DNA of 64,000 nucleotides from Octopus sinensis (taxonomy: Eukaryota). Shown here one piece after another: positions 41,160-53,745 of the stretch. The stretch spans positions 15,636,464 to 15,700,463 of the forward strand of contig NC_043011.1 in NCBI RefSeq assembly GCF_006345805.1. Direction: 5' to 3'. Numbering within the stretch: position 1 is the stretch's first letter; the number at the start of each line of letters is the position of its first letter. The translations under genes and the position numbers were made by a program. A model generated the notes under the pieces. The model was given only the letters and a program-made list of their open reading frames with translations. It did not search any database and was not told where the DNA came from.

Positions 41160-41820
41160 TTGTTCTTGGTTTCCAACATCTTCCGCAAGCGGATGTATAT
41201 GCGTCTTCTGTGGTCTTCCAGCCGCTGTGGTACTACGATTTGGTGTCTACAATAATACATTACTCACATTCTTCCTTACTTCTCCAGCAGTGACCAGTAA
41301 ACCTCAATCTCCCCTCTTGGATGGTTGATGAGAAGGTCGCTACATTCTCATATAACTGTTGATTAGTTGAGCACTGCACCAGAGTCTCTAGTCGAAGCCG
41401 GAGATCCAAATATGTGTTTCTGGAATGATCTATAGTTATGACTAGTCTTTTGACAGCTCAGTATAATTATCAGTGTGAGACACGTCTATTGATGATCGCA
41501 GTATTTCTCTGACTGAACTGGTTGACCCTTGCTACTGATCTGTTTTGGACGCTCACCATCTAGTGCACCTCACCGTTGACTAGGTTGACAGCTCTTCCGC
41601 CAACGTTTTACACCTGCTACGCTGCTCCCCATGAAGGTAAACAGAGCCCTGTTTGCCAGTCTAGGTTCAACATCAACCTGCCCGTCTTGGGTGACCCTGC
41701 CAGATTACCGAAGGCGAACTTCCTTTCTATAGCCAGAGCAGGAAAAAGTTTCTTACATCGGCAATCCCAGACTATTACCACCACCTCACGAACTATGACG
41801 AGGGATTGGAACTTGTGGCA
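41160..41820 (-). mobile_element. Internally deleted RTE-clade element (5' UTR-like segment joined to the ORF C-terminus)
   Basis: Minus strand TNQQLYENVATFSSTIQEGRLRFTGHCWRSKEE, typical of the RTE C-terminus. The upstream ctggcagggtcacccaag resembles RTE 5' UTRs. Confidence 0.7.
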
Positions 41821-42364
41821 GTATTATAATACGGTAACAATTTAATGTAGTATAATATAACAGAATGTAAATATAATAACTTGGTTTACCAGTCAGAAGC
41901 GGTGCATTACATAAAAAACACATACGTGAAGTTGATAGGATACATAAAATTGACAGATTATTGTTATCGCTATTACCATCGGAATTTCACCAATTTATTT
42001 AAATTGCCAACAACTCAGTTCATCAAAATGTTCCTAATCAGCGAGTAATTTTAATCGTTCTAAAATCCGATTTGAATATCATAACAATTATTTTTCTAGA
42101 GTTCTTATATGATCAAAATATATTTGGAGATTTTGACGCACAAACCTTTCTCAAATACTAAGTTCTCTCGCATTCTTTACAAGATTTGTCAAAGATGCTA
42201 ATGATCTTTAATTTAAAATTTTCAAGTAATTTTTGTCTCACTAAATTCTCTTTGTTATCGCTATTACCATCGGAATTTCATCAAAAAAAGTTGCAAAAAA
42301 TTCAGAAGTATAAATTACACCAAACGCCAAATCATTACAATATCTATATATCTATCAGTCAGTC

Positions 42365-42381
42365 AATCAATCAATCAATCA

Positions 42382-42465
<84 letters not shown>

Positions 42466-42466
42466 G

Positions 42467-42523
<57 letters not shown>

Positions 42524-42524
42524 A

Positions 42525-42559
<35 letters not shown>

Positions 42560-42560
42560 A

Positions 42561-42625
<65 letters not shown>

Positions 42626-42662
42626 CTCTATCTATCTGTCTATCTATCTATCTATCTATCTA
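42365..42662. repeat. (TCAA)n/(TATC)n microsatellite; further (TATC)n tracts at 44513-44655, 45748-45896 and 46912-46980
   Basis: Seen directly. Confidence 0.97.
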
Positions 42663-44512
42663 GGATGCGGGACGAGCGTGTCTGCATACGCGGACGACGT
42701 CACCGTCATAGTGTCAAGCCACGAGCACATCGAGCGGGTCGGCGAGACACTGAAAGACTACGAAGCGGTGACAGGAGCAAAAATCAACCGGGAAAAGTCA
42801 GTGGGCTTGCGGCTCGGCACCTGGAGAAGCAAACCCATGCCGTCCACCAGTACCTCCGTCGTGGGACGCTGGACAGACGGCCCGGTTGAGTTGCTCGGGG
42901 TCTGGTTCGGTCCGGACCTCCAAATGGAGAACTGGAACGAGATAACGAGTAGGGTGGTCACTCTCGCCCAGCAATGGGCCGAGAGGAAACTGTCCCTAAA
43001 AGGTCGGGCGGAGGTGGTGAACGCGTACATCGCGTCCATCATCTACTACCGCCTGACCGTCGTACCTTGACCCGACCCTACCATCACCAAACTAGAACGC
43101 ATCCTCTTCCGCTTCTTGTGGAAAGGATGCGTCCCGATGGTCAGGCGATCCATTTGCTGTCAACACCCGTTAAAAGGAGGGCTGGGCATGCCGTGGTTGA
43201 TGATGCGCAGACACGCGCTGAGACTGCGACATCTCCGGCTCTATGTAGACGACGGTGAACAGGTGTGGTCGCCGTTTGTGAGGCACGCATTCCCGCAACT
43301 CGTCTCCATGACCGAACTACAGTCGTGGATCAAAAGAGCCGAAGAAGGGCGAATGGCACCGCGAGTGTCGCGTTGCTCTCAAGCAACTCTGCCGTCCCGG
43401 GTCGACCTTGAGTGACTTCAACACAACCAAAGCATTCTATAGGGGATTAGTGGAGGGGAGGTACGACGACGAGCTCGGGGCAAACCTGGGCGTCGACGAG
43501 GAATACCTAACCCGCCTGTTTCAAAAACGACTTTCGGCCCGGGACCTATGGACAACTTCCAGAGATCCCTGGCCTGGCGGTGCTACCGAGAAGCGCTACC
43601 CGTTCTGGATAAGCTCTATAGGCATGGCTCGAGAAACACGGGGCCGACCTGCCCGAGATGCGGGCAGAGCGACGAAACCGCTCTGCACGCAATCGTGCAG
43701 TGTCCAGCAATTTCCCACCTGTGGGCTTATGTCGAACGACTGCTGTCACGTGTGGGACGTGTCGGTTTATCAGCCGAGTCTATCGTTAATCGTCACGCCT
43801 CCTTCCTTCAAACGGGAAGGAAGAGCTATTTTTATCATACTTGTGGCTATGGCGAAAGAATGTATCTGGTGGACGCGTCTGAAAGGATTAGAGACAAACA
43901 CTTTCCTCTCTGGTCAATCTCTCATCAACTTTTTCAAGTATCACTTGAAGAAAAAAGTGAGAGTAGAGAGGCAATTTTTGTCTAGTGAATGTTTTAAAAA
44001 AAGATGGGTGAATGTAGCAAGGATGGCACGTATGAATGACGAAGCCACCTTGACTATGATTCTATGAACCGTAAAAATTAATACAGAGAGTTGCTTATTT
44101 GCAAAAAAAAAAAAAAAAAAAAAAAGAAATATAACATGTGACTTCATTGACCGAGGTTACCGTGGTCTTTTCCGTAGGCTTTTCTTTCCACGGGTAAACC
44201 TCACCTGTCCCCCCCTTTACACTTCATATTGACATTTCTGTGATAACGATCCCTATTGATCAATTTTTTTCCTCTCCCCCTTTTTTTCTTAACCTCCCTT
44301 TTTTTTTGTCCTCTTTCTCTCCTTTTACGATCCCTTTTGATCGACCCCCCCCTTTTTTATTTTATTTTTATTTTATTTTATTTTTTTTCTTCTTATTTTT
44401 TATTTTTTAAAAAATTTTTTTATTTTTTATTTTTTTTAAACCTTCAAAAGAAAAGCTCTACCTTGTAATTTGTTCTATCTGTGTGCAGCCCTGTGTGGCT
44501 AATAAAGAAACA
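42663..44512 (+). mobile_element. Tx1-group (L1 clade) non-LTR retrotransposon, 5'-truncated copy 1
   Basis: SAYADDVTV, GAKINREKS, LSLKGRAEVVN, FLWKG, KGGLGMP and the CCHC knuckle CPRCGQSDETALHAIVQC. Stop at 44067, then a ~445-bp 3' UTR ending aataaagaaaca. Confidence 0.95.
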
Positions 44513-44583
<71 letters not shown>

Positions 44584-44596
44584 ATATCTATCTATA

Positions 44597-44642
<46 letters not shown>

Positions 44643-44655
44643 CATATCTATCTAT

Positions 44656-45747
44656 TGCCGTCCTGGGTCGACCTTAAGTGACTTCAACACAACCAAAGCA
44701 TTCTATAGGGGTTTAGTGGAGGGGAGGTACGACGACGAGCTCGGGGCGAACCTGGACGTCGACGAGGAGTACCTGACCCGCCTGTTCGGGACGACTTTCG
44801 GGCCAGGGCCCATGGACAACTTCCAGAGATCCCTGGCCTGGCAGTGCTACCGAGAAGCGCTACCCGTTCGGGATAAGCTCTACAGACACGGCTCGAGAAA
44901 CACGGGGCCGACCTGCCCGAGATGCGGTCAGAGCGACGAAACCGTTCTGCACGCACTCGTTCAGTGTCCAACAATTTCCGACCTGTGGGCTTATGTCGAA
45001 CAACTGCTGCTGTCACGTGTGGGACGAGTCGGTTTATCAGCTGAGTCTATCGTCATATTGTCACGCCTCCTCCTTCTTCAAACGGGAAGGAAGAGCTATT
45101 TTCATCATCCTTGTGGCTATGGCGAAAGAATGTATCTGGTGGACGCGTCTGAAAGGATTGGAGACAAACACTTTCCTCTCTGGTCAATCTCTCATCAACT
45201 TCTTCAAGTACCACTTGAAAAGGAAAGTGAGAGTAGAGAGGCAAGTTTTGTCTAGCGAATGTTTTAAAAAAAGATGGGTGAATGTAGCAAGAATGGCACG
45301 TATGAATGACGAAGCCACCTTGAGCATAGTCCTATGAACCCAGAAATCGAAAACAGAGAGTTGCTTATTTGCAAAAAAAAAAAAAAAAAAAAAAAAGAAA
45401 TATAAAATGTGACTTCATTGACCGAGGTTACCGTGGTCTTTTCTGCAGGCTTTTCTTTCCACGGGTAAACCTCACCTGTCCTCCCCTTTACACTTCATAT
45501 TGACATTTCTGTGATAACGATCCCTATTGATCATTTTTTTTTTCCTCTCCCCCCTTTTTTTTTTTTTTTTTTTTTTTTTAACCCCCCTTATTTTTGTCCT
45601 CTTTCTCTCCTTTTACGATCCCTTTTGATCGAACCTCCCCCTTCCTTTTTTTTTTTTTTTTTTTTTTTTTTAATACCTTCAAAAGAAAAGCTCTACCTTG
45701 TAATTTGTTCTATCTGTGTGCAGCCCTGTGTGTCTAATAAAGAAACA
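44656..45747 (+). mobile_element. Tx1 copy 2 (5'-truncated)
   Basis: Colinear with 43390-44512; same 3' terminus. Confidence 0.95.
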
Positions 45748-45758
45748 TATCTACCTAC

Positions 45759-45798
<40 letters not shown>

Positions 45799-45809
45799 AT
45801 ATCTGTCTG

Positions 45810-45870
<61 letters not shown>

Positions 45871-45896
45871 GTATCTATCTATGTGTCTATCTATCT

Positions 45897-46911
45897 GAGG
45901 GGAGGTACGACGACGAGCTCGGGGCGAACCTGGACGTCGACGAGGAGTACCTGACCCGCCTGTTCGGGACGACTTTCGGGCCAGGGCCCATGGACAACTT
46001 CCAGAGATCCCTGGCCTGGCAGTGCTACCGAGAAGCGTTACCCGTTCGGGATAAGCTCTACAGACACGGCTCGAGAAACACGGGGCCGACCTGCCCGAGA
46101 TGCGGTCAGAGCGACGAAACCGTTCTGCACGCACTCGTTCAGTGTCCAACAATTTCCGACCTGTGGGCTTGTGTCGAACAACTGCTGTCACACGTGTGGG
46201 ACGAGTCGGTTTATCAGCTGAGTCTATCGTCAATATTGTCACGCCTCCTTCCTTCAAACGGGAAGGAAGAGCTATTTTCATCATCCTTGTGGCTATGGCG
46301 AAAGAATGTATCTGGTGGACGCGTCTGAAAGGATTGGAGACAAACACTTTCCTCTCTGGTCAATCTCTCATCAACTTCTTCAAGTACCACTTGAAAAGGA
46401 AAGTGAGAGTAGAGAGGCAAGTTTTGTCTAGCGAATGTTTTAAAAAAAGATGGGTGAATGTAGCAAGAATGGCACGTATGAATGACGAAGCCACCTTGAG
46501 CATAGTCCTATGAACCCAGAAATCGAAAACAGAGAGTTGCTTATTTGCAAAAAAAAAAAAAAAAAAAAAGAAATATAAAATGTGACTTCATTGACCGAGG
46601 TTACCGTGGTCTTTTCCGCAGGCTTTTCTTTCCACGGGTAAACCTCACCTGTCCTCCCCTTTACACTTCATATGACATTTCTGTGATAACGATCCCTATT
46701 GATCATTTTTTTTTTCCTCTCCCCCCCCCTTTTTTTTTTTTTTTTTTACCCCCCTTATTTTTGTCCTCTTTCTCTCCTTTTACGATCCCTTTTGATCGAA
46801 CCTCCCCCTTCCTTCTTTTTTTTTTTTTTTTTTTTTAATACCTTCAAAAGAAAAGCTCTACCTGTAATTTGTTCTATCTGTGTGCAGCCCTGTGTGGCTA
46901 ATAAAGAAACA
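45897..46911 (+). mobile_element. Tx1 copy 3 (5'-truncated)
   Basis: Nearly identical to 44719-45747; same 3' terminus. Confidence 0.95.
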
Positions 46912-46978
<67 letters not shown>

Positions 46979-47088
46979 ATGTCTGTCTATCTGTCTGTCT
47001 GTCTTTCTCTCTTATGCAAATATTTATATATAAAGAGAGAGAGAGAGAGAGTGTGTATCTGTGAAAGAGAGAGACAGACTGAGAGAAA

Positions 47089-47147
47089 GAGATAGATAGA
47101 TAAATAGATGGATAGATAGAGTGATAGAAAGGCAGGCAGATAGATAG

Positions 47148-47245
<98 letters not shown>
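47089..47245. repeat. (GATA)n microsatellite, opposite polarity to the upstream (TATC)n
   Basis: Seen directly. Confidence 0.95.
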
Positions 47246-47536
47246 CTATAGAAAGATAGACGTGTATAAATATTAGTGTGCCTGTTTTTGTGAGTAGGTG
47301 TTCTTGTGTCTACGTATGTGCATGAGGAAAAGAGAGAGGGAAAGATGGGGAGGGGAGTAAAAAGCGAAAGAGTAAATACAGAGTCATTTCTATGAACTGT
47401 TAGAGTTTAGAGCTTAAAATACATCGTTTTCCTAGCAGAAAATTAAAACTCAATATGAAAAATAATTGGCAACTTCAAGCAATTAAGATAATTGGCCCTT
47501 AATAAAAATGTATGTACGTATGAATATATGTATGTA

Positions 47537-47567
<31 letters not shown>

Positions 47568-47752
47568 TGTATGCATGTATGTATGTATGTATGTATGTAA
47601 TATGTATGTATGCATGTATGTATGTATGCGTGTGTGTATATGTATATATTTACATATGTATATATATGTTTATATACATATATATGTATATACATATATT
47701 ATATACACATATATATATTATATACATATATATGTATATACATATATTATAT

Positions 47753-47798
<46 letters not shown>

Positions 47799-48444
47799 CA
47801 TATTTTTTAAACTTGAAATTATAATCAGTTTTTCAAACTCACTGATGATTTTATCTTTCCTCTTCCGTTTTATCTCCTCTTTCTTCTTCTCACTTTCCAT
47901 TCCATCATCTTTTTGTTTTCCTACTTATTCTTTACTAATTAAGTAGCAGATGTCCAGTCTAATTCCTTGTATCTTCAATTCCGAAGTAACAAAGTAAAAC
48001 ATACAAACACAACAAACGAACATTCTGTCTATTTCTCATAAGTGGTTTTTCTTCAGTTTTTATTTGGACATTTTTCACATTATGAAAGGTAAAACGAAAA
48101 TAAGATAAAGAAAGCAATAATAAATATATCTCAATTGAGGTTTTGTCTGTTAGTAAGTTTTCCTACTTTATTTTATTGAATAAAATAGCCTTTACATTTT
48201 CTATATATTTTTCACATTTGATTAGAGAATGCTGAACAGGAAAGCAAGGTGCCAGCAAGCAGGATTCGGGATGCGGTTTCTATCTCTTCATATGTCATTT
48301 GGAAAGGTATGAAAATTACTCAGGTGTCTCTTTCCGAGCGTACGTATGAAGAAAAAGAAAAGGAAAAGAATAAAACTACTGAAGGTATTGTCATTTTATC
48401 ATGAACATGTCATAGCTAATAGGTTTCAATATTCTGGTTATTTA

Positions 48445-49195
48445 AGGCGACGAGCTGGCAGGAACGTTAGCACGCCGGGCGAAATGCTTTGTGGTATTTC
48501 TGCCGCCGCTACGTTCGGAGTTCAAATTCCGCCGAGGTCGACTTTGCCTTTCATCCATTCGGGGTCGATAAATTAAGTACCAGTTACGCACTGTGGTCGA
48601 TATAATCGATTTAATCCGTTTGTCTGTCCTTGTTTGTCCTCTCTGTGTTTAGCTTCTTGTGGGTATTAAAGAAATACGTATTTCGTTTGCCGCTACGTTC
48701 TGAGTTCAAATTCCGCCGAGGTCAACTTTGCCTTTCATCCTTTCGGCAGCGGTTGAATAAGTACCAGTTACGCACTGGGGTCGATATAATCGACTTAATC
48801 CGTTTGTCTGTCCTTGTTTGTCCTCTTTGTGTTTATCTCCTTGTGGGTAGTAAAGAAATAGGTATTTCGTCTGCCGCTACGTTCTGAATTCAAATTCCGC
48901 CGAGGTCAACTTTGCTTTTCATCGATTAATTGGTGTCGATAAATTAAGAACCATTTGCGTACAGGGATCGGGCTTCCTTCCAATAAATCTCGGGCCTTAT
49001 GCCTAGAATGGGAAGGAATATTCTAGTTATTTAAGGCGATGAGCTGATATGGTCGTTAACATGCCGGGCAAAACGTTGAGCGTTCTGAGTTTAAATTCCA
49101 TCGAGGTCAACTTTGCCTTTTATCTTTTGGGGGTGGATAAAATAAGTACCTACCAGTGGAGCACTGGGGCCGATGTAATCCAGTTGTCTACGCCT
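48445..49195 (+). mobile_element. Tandem array of SINE family A units
   Basis: Full unit at 48445-48676. Headless units start gtatttcg at 48678 and 48862. An older copy starts at about 49034. aatattct(g/a)gttatttaa is duplicated at about 48429 and 49017. Confidence 0.9.
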
Positions 49196-49855
49196 CGAAA
49201 ATGCCTATCCTAAAATTCAAAATCAATATTCTCTGTAAATTTTTATTCAATCTCTTCGATTGGGACAATTTCAAAAATTATGTTTCTAAAGATTATTAAG
49301 AATGAATTCACTGCTCAGATCTTCAAAGCAAATTCATATATGAATTTATAAAAAGAAATTTGAAATAGAAAAGTTTTCGTATAATTAGTTTTTTATAAGC
49401 TTTTTATCATACAGTCCGTAGCAACTTGAGTTTCTCAATGATGATGATCTTGTTAGTCTTGTGTCATAAAATGTTAGGTCATTGAAATAACATTTTTTAA
49501 TTTCCCATAGATTACTTTTGATTTCATTAAAAAAAATTTATTATATCGGTTCATAATTCTTATTGACTCATTACAATAGTGCAAAAATAAACATCTATTG
49601 CAGGTGACCTGGAACTGATGAAAGCAAAATACACCATGTCGGAAGAATATCGAAGAACGAAATAAAACGAACACAGGTAAATAAATTAACAGAATACAGT
49701 ATGGCATTTATGCCATAACTGTACTCTTTATTCTACTTATCGCCCATTTATTGATGTGTTGTCATTTTAACTAGTTGTATCGAACGGACTGAGGGTGTGT
49801 TGGTAATTCTTTTCAAATTTAAATTTCATTTAACCGTCTTCCAGAGAGTGGTACA

Positions 49856-49888
49856 CTACTGCCACTACTACTACTACTACTACTACTT

Positions 49889-49962
<74 letters not shown>
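49856..49962. repeat. (CTA)n microsatellite; a (TAG)n tract lies at 51617-51730
   Basis: Seen directly. Confidence 0.95.
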
Positions 49963-50459
49963 GTTACCAACACTATTGCCCCTGCTGTTGCTGCTGGATT
50001 TTCAACTGTAAATAAAGAAAGAAAAGAAAGAAACTCAATCTGATGTTTGGAAGTAACTCTACCACTATTCAGAACAATTCCTTAGTTTCGGAAATATCGC
50101 CTTAGTAAAAAAGAATTTTTCTGCTATAGGCAGGAGATCTGAAATTTTAGGGAAGTGGGTAGCCGAATATGTCGACTCCAGTGCTCAACTACTACTTAAT
50201 TTATTGACCCTGAAGAGATGAAGGCCAATTCGACCTCAGCTGAATTCGAACTCAAAGCATAAAGCCGGAAGAAAATTAATACTACGGCATCTCCATATTT
50301 GGTGACATCTCCACTAACTTTATTTAACAACCCCTCGAGCTGAATTAGCCATAATGTCTTAATTTTGAGGGTTGGTGAAGCTTTGTTTTTTAGTTTTGAC
50401 TATTTCTTCAGTTGAGAATCTTACCTCGACTGTGCTAAAGCGCCCCCAATGCTGGACCC

Positions 50460-50955
50460 CTATAACAACTGAAGAGATATGGTAATACACAAAGATAGGA
50501 AAATTAAGGCCAATGGACCGGATATTGTTGCCACTTTTTAAGGAAGCTGACAAATAAAAAACCAAACAACTATGAAGAAAAAGAAGAAGCAACAAAAGCT
50601 GTAAAACAACTGAAATCCAAACTAAAACTGGAAGAGCAACCGGTCAGGATAAAACGATGGCAAGAAAAGTCCCTTCAGGGCAAATACTGGGTGAAATTAA
50701 ACAGAAAAGAAATAGAGAAAGCAAAATCTCCAGAATGTCTGTGAAGCTCAGGACTCAAAGCAGAGAGTGAAGGATTTTTAATTGCAGCATAAGATCAAAG
50801 CCTTCCCACCAGAGATTACGAAAAACATATAATGAAAAGAAATACAAGTAATTGCAGAATATGTGAAGAGGGAGATGAAACAATAAATCATATTGTCTCT
50901 GGCTGCCCACTCCTGGCTAAGGAGGATTATATTCACAGACATAGTAGATTTGGGA
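50460..50955 (+). mobile_element. R4/Dong-like fragment (pre-CCHC and CCHC region)
   Basis: WQEKSLQGKY..GLKAESEGFLIAA*DQSLPTR..CRICEEGDETINHIVSGCPLLAKEDYIHRH. Confidence 0.88.
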
Positions 50956-51899
50956 CCACGACGATCAGATCGAGATCTGATCGGAGTTGGGGTGACTCTC
51001 CCTCGCTTCCACGCCACAGTCAACCCTATATATTACGTGTTGTGTTGTGTTAAATAGTCCAAATTTAACTCACTGTATAAAGACATTTAGCTCAGCTTAG
51101 CTTAGAAAACATTTCTTTCCTCAGGGCTCGTTTCTCTAGGTAAAATCCAGTAAGGCATTACGAGCTTGCAAGCATTACAAATGGATGCGTCTTCGTCAAA
51201 GCAGTTTCTCCCGCAAAGCAAATTATATAAAATTTGGGATTTACGGAGCTTCAAATTTGGTAAGAAATATATGATAGTCAAAACAGTTAGTGCTGTTTAG
51301 CCATAAGAATGTGAGGTGCTCAACGCTGGAGAAACAAGCTTTTACAGGAGACAGACAAGCATGCGTCTTATCCTTGTAGGGGAGGCCGGGGTTAGTTGAC
51401 TACATTGTTTACATTTTCACTGACAGAGCAATACTATTTAATGTATTCTGCTACATCTTGTATTACACGCATAAATCAACCACAGCAGAAGACTTACAAA
51501 GCTAGAGATCACATCTGCTTATTGTCTGGATACATATTTTGTGCATTTTCTAAGACCACTTTCAATTGATCGACTTTTCTCCATTCATTTAACTTTGGCA
51601 TTTCTACTTGGGTTGTGTAGTAGTAGTAGTAGTAGTAGTAGTTGTAGTAGTAGTAGTAGTAGTAGCAGCAGCAGCAGCAGCAGTAGTAGTGGTAGTAGTA
51701 GTTGTAGTAGTAGTAGTAGTAGTAGTAGTATAGTCTGTTTTATATTGCTTGTTCATCTTGTGGAACTACTCGCCACGGTTTCGTGCTGCTTGTTGATAAA
51801 CTTGGTATTCTATTAAGTATCCATTAATTATGATGTTTATGTATGTGTCACTGCCTTCTAATATACGCTGGAGACTGTCTCAACACGTAGGAGTATCAA

Positions 51900-52418
51900 C
51901 AGAAAAAGATGGTATAGGCACACACCAGAAAAGGTCAAAGAAAATGAGAAAGCAACCATACACTGCGATATTCTAAAACATAAAATAGAGACATTATGGT
52001 CAATAGGCCGGATATAGTTGTCAGAGATCATTAAGAAAAACATTGCTTTCTAATTGATGTGTCAATACCAACATATGACAATGCTTCTATATACGAAATG
52101 GAGAAAGTTTCAAAATACAAATATCTGGAAATAGATGTAACTCGAATGCAGAGTCTAAAAGCAGAAACAATTTCTATCATTATAGGCGCATTAGGTATGA
52201 TAAAATATATTCAGACAAATACATAACAAAGACACCAGGAATAGCAAGTATATATAACATACAGAAGCTGGCAATACTAGGTACCGTACACATTCTACGT
52301 AAACCATTTTCAATACAGTAATAGTAAGGGCATCGTAACAAACCACAGCACATAACCAAGGTACACAGAGCTTCGTTCAGTAGTGTAGTGAAAGCATATG
52401 ATAAAAACAAGACTACTG
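51900..52418 (+). mobile_element. R4/Dong-like 3' end, same family as 4782-5310
   Basis: RWYRHTPEKV..PDIVVRD..CFLIDVSIP..GALGMI..QKLAILGTVHILRK. The 3' UTR ends ctactg followed by (AAT)n. Confidence 0.9.
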
Positions 52419-52428
52419 AATAATAATG

Positions 52429-52510
<82 letters not shown>

Positions 52511-52548
52511 TAATAATAATAATAGTAATAATAATGATAATAATAATA

Positions 52549-53551
52549 TGCCTTGATGCAGTAAAAGGCAATGACTCTCATGGTGCTTGTCAGTTGTTTG
52601 ACCATAACCAATTGACAATGTCCCTCAGTGGCTGACAATATATGCATCTCTGATCACGAGCAGAAGTAGTGGGAAAGTATGATAGCCATATGTTGAGAGG
52701 GATTCTTTGGAGTTTGAATAATTTACCTCTGGAAACATGGGTGTTTCGTTAAACATCCTTAAACAACCCTTATTCAGGGATCTTTTCAACGGGATGAGCT
52801 AATCGACCCAAAGAAAATTCTAACTGGGCCCCACCTGCAAGGTCATGTGCTGTTTATCTCGATATGAGATCACTATGTCGCGCACATATGGTTGTGATGC
52901 ATGTGCCTAGTCTACCCTTATCAGACGGGTAGTCATAATGGATATACTGGGCTTCGTATATTTTACCCCAGTGTCACTTTGATGGCATGCACTGCTGTTT
53001 CACTCAATAATAATAATAATAATAATAATATAATAATATAATAATAATAATGATAATAATAATAATAGTAATAATAATGATAATAATAATATGCCTTGAT
53101 TGCAGTAAAAGGCAATGACTCTCATGGTGCTTGTCAGTTGTTTGACCATACCAATTGACAATGTCCCTCAGTGGCTGACAATATATGCATCTCTGATCAC
53201 GAGCAGAAGTAGTGGGAAAGTATGATAGCCATATGTTGAGAGGGATTCTTTGGAGTTTGAATAATTTACCTCTGGAAACATGGGTGTTTCGTTAAACATC
53301 ATTTAAACAACCCTTATTCAGGGATCTTTTCAACGGGATGAGCTAATCGACCCAAAGAAAATTCTAAATGGGCCCCACCTGCAAGGTCATGTGCTGTTTA
53401 TCTCGATATGAGATCACTATGTCGCGCACTATGGTTGTGATGCATGTGCCTAGTCTACCCTTATCAGACGGGGGTAGTCATAATGGATATACTGGGCTTC
53501 GTATATTTTACCACGTGTGTCACTTTGATGGCATGCACTGCTGTTTCACTC
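52549..53551 (+). mobile_element. Two tandem copies (52549-53005 and 53092-53551) of the (TAA)n-embedded non-coding element
   Basis: Reverse complement of 4137-4685. Both copies share a ~90-bp internal deletion, and each is flanked by (AAT)n. Confidence 0.9.
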
Positions 53552-53603
53552 AATAATAATAATAATAATAATAATAATAATTAATAATAATATAATAATA
53601 ATG

Positions 53604-53666
<63 letters not shown>

Positions 53667-53684
53667 TTAATAATAATAATAATA

Positions 53685-53745
<61 letters not shown>

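Noticed and set aside
42186-43070. 294-aa ORF as a chimeric gene
   Set aside because: It is read-through of the stop-free (TATC)n tract into the truncated Tx1 RT and has no ATG start.
47820-47930. K/E-rich minus-strand frame; a similar one lies at 59030-59170
   Set aside because: Short, explained by purine bias, and lacking clear splice signals or homology.
52549-53551. Two independent insertions of the TAA element
   Set aside because: The copies share an internal deletion and the same variant pattern in the upstream microsatellite, and differ mostly by small indels. This indicates tandem duplication or an assembly artefact.
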